Position numbers and translations under genes: made by a program
DNA from: an uncultured bacterium
GTDB taxonomy: Bacteria; Fidelibacterota; Marinisomatia; Marinisomatales; Marinisomataceae
DNA: 64,000 nt
Reading direction: 5' to 3'
NCBI GenBank assembly: GCA_943841495.1
Contig: CALSYL010000001.1
Coordinates: 126,645-190,644, forward strand
Shown: positions 1 through 10,017 of the stretch, one piece after another
Numbering within the stretch: the first letter of the stretch is position 1
Layout: each line of letters starts with the position of its first letter
Notes under the pieces: model-generated
Databases searched by the model: none
What the model was told of the DNA's origin: nothing
The model's input: the letters and a program-made list of their open reading frames with translations, nothing else

Positions 1-921
1 ATGCAAAGAGTAAAACAAATAATTAACTACATCAATATTTCAAATGCTGAAATGGAAAAAGGGAAACTAAGATGTGATGCCAATATTTCTTTATCTAAAA
101 AAGGAAGTGGAAAATTTGGAATTAAAACTGAAATTAAAAATATCAACTCTTTCAAAAATGTTCAAAAAGCAATTGAATCAGAAATTTTTAGACAAAACGA
201 TTTATTAAGCAATGGTAAAAAAGTTGAACAAGCAACTTTAACATGGAATAATGATAAAAACGTTGCAGAAATAATGCGCTTAAAAGAAAACGCTGATGAT
301 TATAGATATTTTAATGACCCTGACCTGCCTCCAATCGATTTAGACAAATCTCTTGTCGATAAAATTATGTCAGAAGTAACAATTCTCCCATTTGAGTACG
401 AAAATAAATGGATTGTTGATTATAAATTATCATTAACTGAAGCAACTGTTCTTTCAACTACAAAAAAAATAGCAAAATATTTTGAGAGTGTTGTTGATTC
501 AGGCGTAGCTGCAAAAAAAGCAAGTGCTTGGATTTCAACTGAACTTTTTAGGTTGTTCAATGAAGAAAATCTTGAGTTCAATTCTGAAAAAGTTTCGTCA
601 TATGATCTCATTAAAATTATTGAACTCGTTGAAAATGACAAAATAACGCAGAATTCTGGGAAAGAAATTTTAAGAAAAATTTTTGAAAATGGTGTAAGTG
701 TTGAAGAAATCTTACAAAGTGGAAATTTTGAGATATCTAATGTTGATATTGGCTCTATTGTAGACTCAATTCTATCTCAATGTAGTGATGAAGTATCTAG
801 GTTTAAAGACGGCGAAGAGAAACTAATGGGGTTTTTTATTGGTCAAATTAATAGAGAAACCAAAGGTAAAATCAGTCATAAAATAATTATTGATGAATTA
901 ACTAAAAAACTGAATAATTAA
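1..921 (+). CDS. gatB: Asp-tRNA(Asn)/Glu-tRNA(Gln) amidotransferase subunit B, C-terminal part (5' truncated by window edge)
   Basis: Motifs [32 protein letters not shown] and C-terminal Yqey-like GFFIGQI. Confidence 0.95.
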   Translation: MQRVKQIINYINISNAEMEKGKLRCDANISLSKKGSGKFGIKTEIKNINSFKNVQKAIESEIFRQNDLLSNGKKVEQATLTWNNDKNVAEIMRLKENADDYRYFNDPDLPPIDLDKSLVDKIMSEVTILPFEYENKWIVDYKLSLTEATVLSTTKKIAKYFESVVDSGVAAKKASAWISTELFRLFNEENLEFNSEKVSSYDLIKIIELVENDKITQNSGKEILRKIFENGVSVEEILQSGNFEISNVDIGSIVDSILSQCSDEVSRFKDGEEKLMGFFIGQINRETKGKISHKIIIDELTKKLNN

Positions 922-1154
922 AATTTTCTACCTTCTGCAATTAGATTTTTGATTACTGAATCAATTCCTTTCTTATCAATAATCTTTAATCCTTTAGCAG
1001 ATACTTTAAGCGTAACTTTCTTATTTAAACTTTCTACCCAGAAAGTTTTTTTCTGAAGATTAATATCAAATCTTCTTCTAGTTTTATTGTTAGCATGACT
1101 AACATTATTGCCATACATAACTTTTTTACCTGTTACTTCACAAACTCTTGACAT
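918..1154 (-). CDS. rpmB: 50S ribosomal protein L28 (78-aa form with a single Cys)
   Basis: [28 protein letters not shown] signature; 3' end overlaps gatB by 4 bp. Confidence 0.97.
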   Translation of the reverse strand: MSRVCEVTGKKVMYGNNVSHANNKTRRRFDINLQKKTFWVESLNKKVTLKVSAKGLKIIDKKGIDSVIKNLIAEGRKF

Positions 1155-1194
1155 TTTTTAACCTTTTATGTTTAAGTTCAAATTGAACTGGGGA

Positions 1195-1222
1195 AATTTA
1201 AACCAATAATCGAACCGAACAA
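1195..1222 (-). promoter_or_regulatory. Putative sigma70-type promoter of rpmB (TTGTTC-N16-TAAATT)
   Basis: Hexamers read on minus strand; same pattern as other promoters in the window. Confidence 0.4.
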
Positions 1223-1233
1223 ACAAAAAGTAT

Positions 1234-2211
1234 ATGTTTGATATAAATAAAAAAATTCAAATTGGAAACTTAAAATTAGACTTTCCATTCTTTTTGGCTC
1301 CCATGGCAGGAGTAACAGACTACGCATTTAGAGTGATAGCTAAAGAATTTGGTGCAGGCGTTGTATACTCAGAGTTTGTATCAGCCCATGGAATAATTAG
1401 AAAAAATGAGAAAACCTTAAATATGATTAAGTTTTCTGAATTTGAAAGACCTATTGGAATACAAATTTTTGGTGATACTCCTGAGGTTATGGAAAATGCG
1501 GCGAGGGTTGTTTATGAAAAATTTAAACCAGACCTGATAGACATCAATTATGGATGTCCTGTTCCAAAAGTAACAAAAAAAGGTGCTGGATCTGCTGCTT
1601 TAAAAGATCTATGTCTCATGGAAGATATTACCGAAGCAGTTGTAAAAGCAGTAGATATTCCAGTTACAGTGAAAATGCGAGCAGGTTGGAATTCAGAAAA
1701 TATTGTTAGTACCCAAGCAGGAATAAATCTAGAAAAAATTGGAATTAAAGCTATTACTCTTCATCCTAGAACAACTGTACAAATGTATAAAGGAAGTGCA
1801 AACTGGGATTTAATAAAAGAATTGAAAGATAACGTTAAAATACCTGTTATTGGTAATGGGGATATTAAGAGCATTGATGATATAAATAAAATGTTTACTC
1901 AAACTAATTGTGATGGTATTATGATTGGAAGAGCTGCATTAGGCAATCCATGGTTTTTTACTCAAATTAAAAAATATATCAACAATGAAGATTTTAACGA
2001 AATAAGTCTTGAAGAAAGACTTGAGATATGTCAGAAACATTTAGAGCTATTAGTTCAAATCCACGGAGAAATTGTAGGATCAAATAATATGAAAAAACAC
2101 TTTGCATGGTATTTTAAAGGATTTAAAGGTGCCTCTTTTTTTCGAAAAAAATTTGTTTTGGCAAAGAATTATTCTGAAATGAAGGATATTTTGTATAATA
2201 TTAGGCACTAA
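1234..2211 (+). CDS. dusB: tRNA-dihydrouridine synthase B
   Basis: LAPMAGVTD, IDINYGCPVPKV (catalytic Cys), TVKMRAGW, GNGDI, MIGRAALGNPW. Confidence 0.93.
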   Translation: MFDINKKIQIGNLKLDFPFFLAPMAGVTDYAFRVIAKEFGAGVVYSEFVSAHGIIRKNEKTLNMIKFSEFERPIGIQIFGDTPEVMENAARVVYEKFKPDLIDINYGCPVPKVTKKGAGSAALKDLCLMEDITEAVVKAVDIPVTVKMRAGWNSENIVSTQAGINLEKIGIKAITLHPRTTVQMYKGSANWDLIKELKDNVKIPVIGNGDIKSIDDINKMFTQTNCDGIMIGRAALGNPWFFTQIKKYINNEDFNEISLEERLEICQKHLELLVQIHGEIVGSNNMKKHFAWYFKGFKGASFFRKKFVLAKNYSEMKDILYNIRH

Positions 2212-2228
2212 AAAATAAAGGAAAAATT

Positions 2229-3851
2229 ATGGATAAAAATTTTAGAGCAATTAATGAACCTATTATCGATTTTGAGCCAGGCTCAGAACACCGAAGACTT
2301 CTGATTGAAGAAATTAAAAGACAATCATCAAGACAAAAAGATATACCTATTATTATTCATGGAAAAGAAATCAGAACTGGTAATACTCAGCCTTGTACAA
2401 AGCCTCATGATCATGGCCATGTTTTAGGGCATTATCATGAAGCTGGTCCTGAAGAAATACAAATGGCCATAGATTCATCTCTAGAAGCATGGAAAACTTG
2501 GTCAAATAGTCCTTTAGAATACAGAGCAGAAATATTTAAAAAGGTTGCTGATTTAGTTGCTGGTAAATATCGCTATAAAATCAATGCTGCTGCAATGCTT
2601 GATATTGGAAAAAGTGTCTTTCAAGCTGAAGTGGATGCATCATGTGAATTAGTTGACTTTCTTAATTTTAACATTGAATTCTCCTACAAAATGCAAGAGT
2701 CTTTTACTCCCATCTCCCCTGATGGAATGAAAAATGAATTAGAATTTAGGCCTCTAGAAGGATTTGTTTTTGCAATTGCTCCATTCAATTTCTTTAGTAT
2801 TGGAGGTAATTTAGCAATTTCTCCTGCAATTGTAGGAAATACTGTTCTTTGGAAACCTGCTCCCAGTGCAGTTTATTCTTCCTATATCATAATGGAGCTT
2901 TATAAGGAAGCAGGTCTTCCCGATGGAGTTATTAATTTCATTCCTGGCGATGGACCAAAAATTGGAGATCAAGTATTGAGTCATAGAGATTTGGCAGGTG
3001 TTCACTTCACTGGATCAACAAAAACTTTTAAACATCTTTGGAAAAAAGTATCTGATAACTTAGATACATATAAAAGTTATCCAAAGGTTGTAGGAGAAAC
3101 TGGTGGTAAAGATTTTTGCATAGCACATGAATCAGCAAATATACAAGGTTTGGTTACTGCCATGGTTAGAGGAGCTTTTGAATATCAAGGACAAAAGTGT
3201 TCAGCAATGTCAAGAGCCTATCTGCCACAATCAAAGTGGGCAGAAATCAAAGAAAAACTATTAAATGAAGTTTCAACAATTGATGTTGGTCCACCAGAAG
3301 ATTTCAAAAACTTTGTAAATGCAGTTATTGATGAACCAGCATTTGATAGAATATCGTCCTATCTTGATTATGCAAAACAGAGTGAAGATTGCGAAGTTTT
3401 ATGTGGTGGTGGCTATGATAAATCAAATGGTTATTTTGTCGAACCGACAATCATTTTGGCAAAAGATCCTCACTTTAAAACACTTGAGGAAGAAATCTTT
3501 GGTCCAGTTTTAACAATATTTGTATATGAAAATGAAAAATGGGATGAAACATTAGAATTAATTGATAATACATCTCCATATGCATTGACAGGATGTGTTT
3601 TTTCAGAAGATAGAGATATTGTTAATGAGGTTAGATCAAAATTAAGGTTTTCTGCTGGAAATTTCTATGTAAACGATAAACCTACTGGTGCAGTTGTTGG
3701 CCAACAACCTTTTGGTGGTAGTCGTGCTTCAGGTACTAATGATAAAGGCGGCTCAATGCTTAATCTGCTAAGATGGACATCACCGCGAACAATTAAAGAA
3801 ACTTTTGATCCTCCTCAGAACTATAAGTACCCTTACATGGATAAAGAGTAA
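2229..3851 (+). CDS. pruA: L-glutamate gamma-semialdehyde (delta-1-pyrroline-5-carboxylate) dehydrogenase
   Basis: RPLEGFV..IAPFNF, FTGST, GETGGK, FEYQGQKCSA, EEIFGPVL, NDKPTGAVVGQQPFGGSRASGTNDK. Confidence 0.93.
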   Translation: MDKNFRAINEPIIDFEPGSEHRRLLIEEIKRQSSRQKDIPIIIHGKEIRTGNTQPCTKPHDHGHVLGHYHEAGPEEIQMAIDSSLEAWKTWSNSPLEYRAEIFKKVADLVAGKYRYKINAAAMLDIGKSVFQAEVDASCELVDFLNFNIEFSYKMQESFTPISPDGMKNELEFRPLEGFVFAIAPFNFFSIGGNLAISPAIVGNTVLWKPAPSAVYSSYIIMELYKEAGLPDGVINFIPGDGPKIGDQVLSHRDLAGVHFTGSTKTFKHLWKKVSDNLDTYKSYPKVVGETGGKDFCIAHESANIQGLVTAMVRGAFEYQGQKCSAMSRAYLPQSKWAEIKEKLLNEVSTIDVGPPEDFKNFVNAVIDEPAFDRISSYLDYAKQSEDCEVLCGGGYDKSNGYFVEPTIILAKDPHFKTLEEEIFGPVLTIFVYENEKWDETLELIDNTSPYALTGCVFSEDRDIVNEVRSKLRFSAGNFYVNDKPTGAVVGQQPFGGSRASGTNDKGGSMLNLLRWTSPRTIKETFDPPQNYKYPYMDKE

Positions 3852-5018
3852 ATGAAGATACACGAATTTCAAGCAAAAGAAATTTTAGCAAGCTACAATG
3901 TTCCTATTCAAAGAGGTTATGTTGTAAGCGATGTCAATAATATTGAAAAAATAATTAGTAAAGTTCAATCTGATTTTCAATCAAATGCAGTTGTAGTTAA
4001 AGCTCAAATTCATGCTGGAGGTCGAGGAAAAGGTGGTGGAGTTAAATTTTGCTCAACAACAGAAAAAGCTTCTGAAGCTGCTAATGAAATCTTGGGAATG
4101 AATCTAATAACACATCAAACTGGAGAAGCTGGAAAACGTGTAAATCAAATTTTGATTACCGAGGCACTTGATATCAAAAAAGAATTTTACTTTGCTCTGA
4201 TGTATGATAGATCAAAAAATGCTGACGTGTTTATTGTTTCTACAGAAGGCGGAGTTGACATTGAAGAAGTTGCAGAGAAAAGTCCCGAAAAGATAATAAA
4301 AGCCTGGATAAAAGATGATACTTATCCTCTTGCCGATGCAGTAAATATAGTAATAAATGCTTTGGACCTTTCCTCTTATAAAAATGCATCTGAAATATTT
4401 TCTAATATTTATAAATGCTACTCCCAATCTGATTGTAATTTGTTAGAAATAAACCCATTGGTACTTACTGAGGATGAAAAAATTATTGCATTAGATGCAA
4501 AAGTCGATATTGACTCAAATGCACTTTTCAGACAAGAAAAAATTGCATCTTATCATGATGAATCAGAAGAAGATCCTCTTGAATTAAAAGCTTCGGAATA
4601 TGGATTAAACTATATCAAGCTAGATGGAAATGTTGGGTGTATGGTAAATGGTGCTGGACTTGCTATGGCAACAATGGATATCGTCAAACATCACGGTGGA
4701 GAACCTGCTAACTTTCTTGATGTAGGTGGTGCAGCTAACGTTGATACCATCAAAAATGGATTTAAAATTATCTTATCTGATCCAAATGTTAAATCTATCC
4801 TAATCAATATTTTTGGCGGGATTGTACGTTGTGACAGAGTTGCTAATGGCGTAATTCAAGCAGTTAAAGAACTTAATTTAAATGTAGGTGTAGTCGTTAG
4901 ACTTCAAGGAACAAATGCAAAACTAGCTAAAGAAATATTAGACAAATCTGATATTGATCTTGTCAGCGCTGAAACAATAGATGATGCTGCTAAAAAAGCC
5001 GTTGGGATGGTCTTATAA
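3852..5018 (+). CDS. sucC: Succinyl-CoA ligase beta subunit
   Basis: KAQIHAGGRGKGGGV, LEINPL, GCMVNGAGLAMATMD, NFLDVGG, NIFGGIVRCD. Confidence 0.97.
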   Translation: MKIHEFQAKEILASYNVPIQRGYVVSDVNNIEKIISKVQSDFQSNAVVVKAQIHAGGRGKGGGVKFCSTTEKASEAANEILGMNLITHQTGEAGKRVNQILITEALDIKKEFYFALMYDRSKNADVFIVSTEGGVDIEEVAEKSPEKIIKAWIKDDTYPLADAVNIVINALDLSSYKNASEIFSNIYKCYSQSDCNLLEINPLVLTEDEKIIALDAKVDIDSNALFRQEKIASYHDESEEDPLELKASEYGLNYIKLDGNVGCMVNGAGLAMATMDIVKHHGGEPANFLDVGGAANVDTIKNGFKIILSDPNVKSILINIFGGIVRCDRVANGVIQAVKELNLNVGVVVRLQGTNAKLAKEILDKSDIDLVSAETIDDAAKKAVGMVL

Positions 5019-5897
5019 ATGTCGATACTATTAAATAAAGATACAAAAATTTTAGTTCAAGGTATCACTGGATCTGAAGGCTTATTTCATACTGTGCAGA
5101 TGCTAGATTATGGATCAAAAGTTGTTTGTGGAGTTACTCCAGGAAAAGGCGGTGAAACTGTAACAGAAAACAATCTTCCGGTTTTTAATAGCATTGCTGA
5201 TGCAAAAGAAAAATTTGAAATTGATGCGAGCGCAATCTTTGTTCCTCCAAGATTTGCTGCAAAAGCAATACTTGAAGCAATTGAAGGAAATATTAAATTG
5301 ATTGTATGTATTTCTGAGGGAATACCAATTAATGATATGAAAAAAGTTCAAAATGCTTTAGATAAATCTGATAGTATCTTGATTGGACCTAATTGTCCAG
5401 GGCTTATTACTGCTGAAGAATCAAAAATTGGAATAACTCCGGGTTTTATATGTAAAAAAGGATCTATTGGAATTTTATCTAGATCAGGAACTTTAACATA
5501 TGAGGCAATAGATCAAATTGTAAATGTTGGTCTAGGTATGACTACGGCTATTGGAATAGGAGGAGATCCTATCATCGGTTCAAGCATGATTGATATTTTA
5601 AAGCATTTTGCAAATGATAATGACACAAAAGGCGTAGTTATGATTGGAGAGATCGGCGGCAATATGGAAAATGAAGCTGCTAGATGGATTAAAGAAAACT
5701 TTGATAAACCAGTAGTTTCATTCATTGCTGGACAAACTGCCCCAAAAGGAAAACGAATGGGCCATGCAGGAGCAATAATATCTGAAGGATCTGAAACAGC
5801 AGAAGCCAAAATAGAAATTTTAAAAGAATGTGGAATTTCAGTTGCTAAAACAGTATCTGAAATTGGAGAAACAATGATAAAACTTATAGAGGAATAA
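5019..5897 (+). CDS. sucD: Succinyl-CoA ligase alpha subunit
   Basis: VQGITG, GPNCPG, SRSGTLTYE, GIGGDP, RMGHAGAI (phospho-His). Confidence 0.97.
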   Translation: MSILLNKDTKILVQGITGSEGLFHTVQMLDYGSKVVCGVTPGKGGETVTENNLPVFNSIADAKEKFEIDASAIFVPPRFAAKAILEAIEGNIKLIVCISEGIPINDMKKVQNALDKSDSILIGPNCPGLITAEESKIGITPGFICKKGSIGILSRSGTLTYEAIDQIVNVGLGMTTAIGIGGDPIIGSSMIDILKHFANDNDTKGVVMIGEIGGNMENEAARWIKENFDKPVVSFIAGQTAPKGKRMGHAGAIISEGSETAEAKIEILKECGISVAKTVSEIGETMIKLIEE

Positions 5898-6292
5898 TGA
5901 AAAATACACTAGCCATAATTAAACCTGATGCAATGCAAAAAGGTTCAAAAGAAGATATTAGAAAAGACATCATGGATAATGGATTTAAAATTGTTGAGGA
6001 AAAAACGATTCATATGTCAGAAGAGCAAGCTCAAGGATTTTATGATATTCATAAGGATAAACCTTTTTTTGGAGAACTGGTAGAGTTTATGACTTCTTAT
6101 AAATCGCATATTATGAAACTTGAAAAAGAAAATGCAGTTTCTGAATGGAGAAATTTAATGGGCGCAACCGATTCAACAAAAGCAGAACCTGGAACAATTC
6201 GAGCTAAGTATGGTACAGACATTTCTATGAATGCAACTCATGGTTCTGACAGCGATGAAAATGCTGAAAAAGAAATTAGTTTCTTTTTTTAA
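5897..6292 (+). CDS. ndk: Nucleoside diphosphate kinase
   Basis: TLAIIKPDA, HKDKPFF, PGTIR, NATHGSDS. Confidence 0.96.
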   Translation: MKNTLAIIKPDAMQKGSKEDIRKDIMDNGFKIVEEKTIHMSEEQAQGFYDIHKDKPFFGELVEFMTSYKSHIMKLEKENAVSEWRNLMGATDSTKAEPGTIRAKYGTDISMNATHGSDSDENAEKEISFFF

Positions 6293-6296
6293 TTAG

Positions 6297-6680
6297 ATGA
6301 TTAAAATAAATAAATTTTTTATTCCAATTCTTATCTTGTCTCCTCTTTTTTCACAAGAGGCTTCAAATGACTGGTTGAATTATACAATCAATGAACCAAA
6401 TACGAAATCTGTTGAACAAATTTCGTCGGTTGATGATATTGAATTTTATTATACTATTCAAATATCAGTAAAAAAATCATTCGATGAAGCTATGGAGGTT
6501 TTAAAACTACTTAATGAAAATGATATTGATGCTTTTATTCAAAAAAATGATGTTAGCTCAGATTTTAAATACAGAGTGAGATATGGAAACTTTTCCAAAA
6601 AAGAAGATGCAATAAAAATTGCGGAATATATCAATATTACTCTTGGTTATGAATGTTGGATAGATAAAAATGAATTATAA
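6297..6680 (+). CDS. Exported SPOR-domain (peptidoglycan-binding) protein
   Basis: N-terminal signal-like segment; YTIQISV...A...L, YRVRYGNF.K.EDA pattern. Confidence 0.75.
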   Translation: MIKINKFFIPILILSPLFSQEASNDWLNYTINEPNTKSVEQISSVDDIEFYYTIQISVKKSFDEAMEVLKLLNENDIDAFIQKNDVSSDFKYRVRYGNFSKKEDAIKIAEYINITLGYECWIDKNEL

Positions 6681-6687
6681 AAAATAT

Positions 6688-6716
6688 TTCACAAGAAAGA
6701 TTAATTTGATTATATT
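6688..6716 (+). promoter_or_regulatory. Putative promoter of rpmF-fab operon (TTCACA-N17-TATATT)
   Basis: 17-bp spacer; followed by AAGGA Shine-Dalgarno before ATG 6738. Confidence 0.5.
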
Positions 6717-6737
6717 GCCTCCTAGTTAAGGAAAAAT

Positions 6738-6914
6738 ATGTTACCTAAAAGAAGACAGTCAAAAACAAGATCAAAAAAGAGAAGAACTCATTATAAGTCT
6801 TCCCTTGTACATACAGTAAAGTGCAAGAATACAGGCGTTGAGCATCTTCCTCATCATGCGTACTATCATGATGGTATTCTTTACTATAAAGGAAAACCAG
6901 TAGATCAAAACTAA
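6738..6914 (+). CDS. rpmF: 50S ribosomal protein L32 (58 aa; absent from ORF track because of length cut-off)
   Basis: Manual translation MLPKRRQSKTRSKKRRTHYK...KCKNTGVEHLPHHAYYHDGILYYKGKPVDQN*; canonical position before fabD with TAATG overlap. Confidence 0.93.
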   Translation: MLPKRRQSKTRSKKRRTHYKSSLVHTVKCKNTGVEHLPHHAYYHDGILYYKGKPVDQN

Positions 6915-7798
6915 TGAAGAATTGTTTCATTTTCTCAGGGCAGGGATCTCACCGACCTGGAATGAGTGCAAATCTTTATAAAAATTCTAGTCTAGCTAAA
7001 GAAAGAATAGAATTATCTAATAAAATATTAGGCTATAGTATTGCTGATATTATGTTTTCTTCAGACGAAGAGAAATTAAGAAATACACAATATGCGCAAG
7101 TAGCTATCTATATTCACTCAACGATAATCTTTGATTTGCTAAGTAATAAATATAATCTTTCTATTGTTGCTGGACACAGTCTTGGTGAATTTTCTGCTCT
7201 TTATGCTAATAAGTCATACAACTTTGAAACAGGATTAAAAATTGTAGCTGTTAGAGCTAAAGCTATGGCTGAATGTGAACAACAAAACTTAGGTAAAATG
7301 AGTGCAGTACTTGGCTCATCTGAAGAAGCAATAGAAACAATATGTAAAAAAGCAGGTTGTCAGATAGCAAATATTAACTCCGAATCGCAAATAGTAATAT
7401 CAGGAAGTGACAGCTCTATAACTTATGCTACTGAAATGTTAAAAAAAATTGGATCAAAAGTAATCCCGTTAAAAGTAAGTGGTGCATTTCATTCAAAGCT
7501 GATGTCTGAAGCAAAGCCAGCTCTTTATAATACTATTCATGATTCGACTTTTAAAAAGCCTATTTGTCCAATTGTATCGAATTATGATGGAATTGCAAGA
7601 TCGGAAGTAAATGATATTAAAAATGTGCTTATTCAACAAATTGATAATCCAGTTCAATGGCTAAAAAGTGTTCATAAGTTAAAAGAAATCAGTTCAAATT
7701 TTATTGAAATTGGACCAAAAAAAGTTTTAGGAAATATTATTAAAAAAATTGATGATTCATTAACAATTACAAATTATAATTGTTATGAAGATTTATAA
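6914..7798 (+). CDS. fabD: Malonyl-CoA:ACP transacylase
   Basis: FSGQGS, GHSLGE, VSGAFHS, PVQW, EIGP. Confidence 0.95.
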   Translation: MKNCFIFSGQGSHRPGMSANLYKNSSLAKERIELSNKILGYSIADIMFSSDEEKLRNTQYAQVAIYIHSTIIFDLLSNKYNLSIVAGHSLGEFSALYANKSYNFETGLKIVAVRAKAMAECEQQNLGKMSAVLGSSEEAIETICKKAGCQIANINSESQIVISGSDSSITYATEMLKKIGSKVIPLKVSGAFHSKLMSEAKPALYNTIHDSTFKKPICPIVSNYDGIARSEVNDIKNVLIQQIDNPVQWLKSVHKLKEISSNFIEIGPKKVLGNIIKKIDDSLTITNYNCYEDL

Positions 7799-7806
7799 AA
7801 AGACTT

Positions 7807-8538
7807 ATGCTAAACTTTACAACTAAAACAGCTATTGTAACTGGCGGATCTAGAGGGATTGGAAAAGAAATTTCTGAAATTCTTGCTGCGAATAATTATA
7901 ATGTAATTGCAGTGGCAACTAGTGAGCAATCATTGGACTCAATTAGAGATATAAAAAATATACATCCCTTCTGTTGTGATATTTCTGATAAGCAATCAAT
8001 TGAGAAACTATATAACTATATATCTGATACTTTTGGTTATGCAGATGTGCTAATTAATAATGCAGGCATTCATATGGACAATATATTATTAAGAATGAAA
8101 TCAGAAGAATGGACAAAAGTAATGGATGTTAATTTAAATGGTCCATTTCATTTGACGAAAGCAGTATTAAAAGATATGGTAAAAAACAAATGTGGAAGAA
8201 TTATAAATATTTCATCTATTTCTGGAACTGATGGTAATAAAGGTCAAGGAAATTATGCTGCATCTAAGGGAGGACTTTTAGCTTTAACAAAATCTTTGGC
8301 AAAAGAAGTTGGTAGAAGAAATATTACAGTTAATTGTATAGCACCTGGTTTAATTGAAACAGATATGACTGCTCATCTTTCAGATACAGTTAAAAAAGGA
8401 TATTTAGATAGAATACCTTTGAAACGACTTGGAAAACCCAAAGATATTGGACAAATGATTTTATTTTTATGTTCCAATGAAGCCAGTTATATTACAGGGC
8501 AAACATTTTATATTGACGGTGGAATGTCATTAAATTAA
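7807..8538 (+). CDS. fabG: 3-oxoacyl-ACP reductase
   Basis: [21 protein letters not shown]; fab operon context. Confidence 0.93.
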   Translation: MLNFTTKTAIVTGGSRGIGKEISEILAANNYNVIAVATSEQSLDSIRDIKNIHPFCCDISDKQSIEKLYNYISDTFGYADVLINNAGIHMDNILLRMKSEEWTKVMDVNLNGPFHLTKAVLKDMVKNKCGRIINISSISGTDGNKGQGNYAASKGGLLALTKSLAKEVGRRNITVNCIAPGLIETDMTAHLSDTVKKGYLDRIPLKRLGKPKDIGQMILFLCSNEASYITGQTFYIDGGMSLN

Positions 8539-8554
8539 TAAGGAGATATTAATT

Positions 8555-8788
8555 ATGTCATTAAATGAAAAAGTAACAAATATTATAGTAGACAAACTAA
8601 GTGTAGAAGAATCCAGAGTAGTTCCAGAGGCAAGCTTTCTTGATGACCTTGGAGCAGATTCTTTAGACACTGTAGAACTAATTATGGAATTTGAAGAAGA
8701 GTTTGATTTAGAAATTCCCGATGAAGATGCAGAAAAAATTACTACTGTTGGTGCTGCTCTAGAATATATCAATAACCACAAAAAATAA
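8555..8788 (+). CDS. acpP: Acyl carrier protein
   Basis: [14 protein letters not shown] (phosphopantetheine Ser); AAGGAG RBS upstream. Confidence 0.98.
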   Translation: MSLNEKVTNIIVDKLSVEESRVVPEASFLDDLGADSLDTVELIMEFEEEFDLEIPDEDAEKITTVGAALEYINNHKK

Positions 8789-8790
8789 TT

Positions 8791-10017
8791 TTGAAAAAAA
8801 GAGTTGTTATTACAGGAGATGGTTCAATTTCTCCTCTTGGTCTTGATTCAAAATCGCTTTGGAAAAACCTGTTAAAGGGTCATTCTGGTGTAGACCTCAT
8901 TCAACAATTTGATACAGAAAAATTTTCAGTTAAAATTGCAGGAGAGGTCAAAAATTTTGATCCTTTTAACTTTTTTGATGCTAAAGAAGTTAAAAAACTA
9001 GATCGTTTTACCATGTTTGGATTAATAGCTGCGAAACAAGCGATTGACAAATCAAACTATTCATCATCTGATGCTGGAGTTATCGTTGGTACTGGCGTTG
9101 GTGGAATGCACACTTTAGAGGAAGAGTATAGTAAATATATCAAGAAAGGTCAGCGAGGAGTTTCTCCTTTTTATGTTCCTAAAATGATTCCAAATATTGC
9201 CGGTGGTCAGATTGCAATCAAAAACAATCTTACGGGCTTAAATTTTTCAATGTCAACTGCATGCTCTTCAGCTACAGACGCAATAGGAATGGCATATAGA
9301 TTAATTTCAGATGGACATATTAACGCTATTGTTTGTGGAGGCGCAGAAGGAAGTATCACCCCTTTAACCCTATCAGGATTTGCAAATATGAAAGCTTTAT
9401 CAAAAAATAATGATAATCCTTCTAAAGCTTCAAAACCATTTGATAAAGAAAGAGATGGATTTATTCTATCAGAAGGAGCTGGAATGCTTTTTCTTGAAAA
9501 TTTAGATTCAGCACAAACTAGAGATGCTAACATTCTTGGAGAAATTATTGGGTATGGTATTACAAATGATGCCTATCATATGACTCAACCGCACAACCAA
9601 AGCACTGGAGCTATTAATGCAATAAAAATGGCCATTAAAGAAGCAAATATTAAGGTTGAAGATATTGATTATATTAATGCTCATGGTACGTCTACCTATT
9701 TTAATGATATGCTTGAAACACAAGCAATTAACAACGTATTTGGAAGTTATGCGAAGAACGTTTCTATTAGTTCAACAAAATCTATGACAGGACATTTATT
9801 AGGCGCTGCTGGCGCTGTTGAGGCAATAGCTTGTATAAATGCTATTAAATCTAATAAAGTTCCTCCTACGATCAATTATAGCGTTCCTGATCCGGAATGC
9901 AATTTAAATTATACGCCTAATATATCTATTGATAAAAATATAAAAATTGCGATGAGTAATTCATTTGGATTTGGAGGACATAATTCAGTAATTATTCTTA
10001 AGAAATTTTCTTCTTAA
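8791..10017 (+). CDS. fabF: 3-oxoacyl-ACP synthase II (TTG start)
   Basis: TACSS, NAHGTST, GHLLGAAG, SNSFGFGGHN. Confidence 0.96.
   Translation: MKKRVVITGDGSISPLGLDSKSLWKNLLKGHSGVDLIQQFDTEKFSVKIAGEVKNFDPFNFFDAKEVKKLDRFTMFGLIAAKQAIDKSNYSSSDAGVIVGTGVGGMHTLEEEYSKYIKKGQRGVSPFYVPKMIPNIAGGQIAIKNNLTGLNFSMSTACSSATDAIGMAYRLISDGHINAIVCGGAEGSITPLTLSGFANMKALSKNNDNPSKASKPFDKERDGFILSEGAGMLFLENLDSAQTRDANILGEIIGYGITNDAYHMTQPHNQSTGAINAIKMAIKEANIKVEDIDYINAHGTSTYFNDMLETQAINNVFGSYAKNVSISSTKSMTGHLLGAAGAVEAIACINAIKSNKVPPTINYSVPDPECNLNYTPNISIDKNIKIAMSNSFGFGGHNSVIILKKFSS

Noticed and set aside
6745-6930. 61-aa minus-strand ORF and other short antisense ORFs across the window
   Set aside because: These are shadows of real genes (here rpmF on the plus strand), with no motifs or independent signals.
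9998-10017. Switch of gene orientation near 10 kb as a replication terminus
   Set aside because: No recognisable dif site seen, and GC skew cannot be judged from this window.
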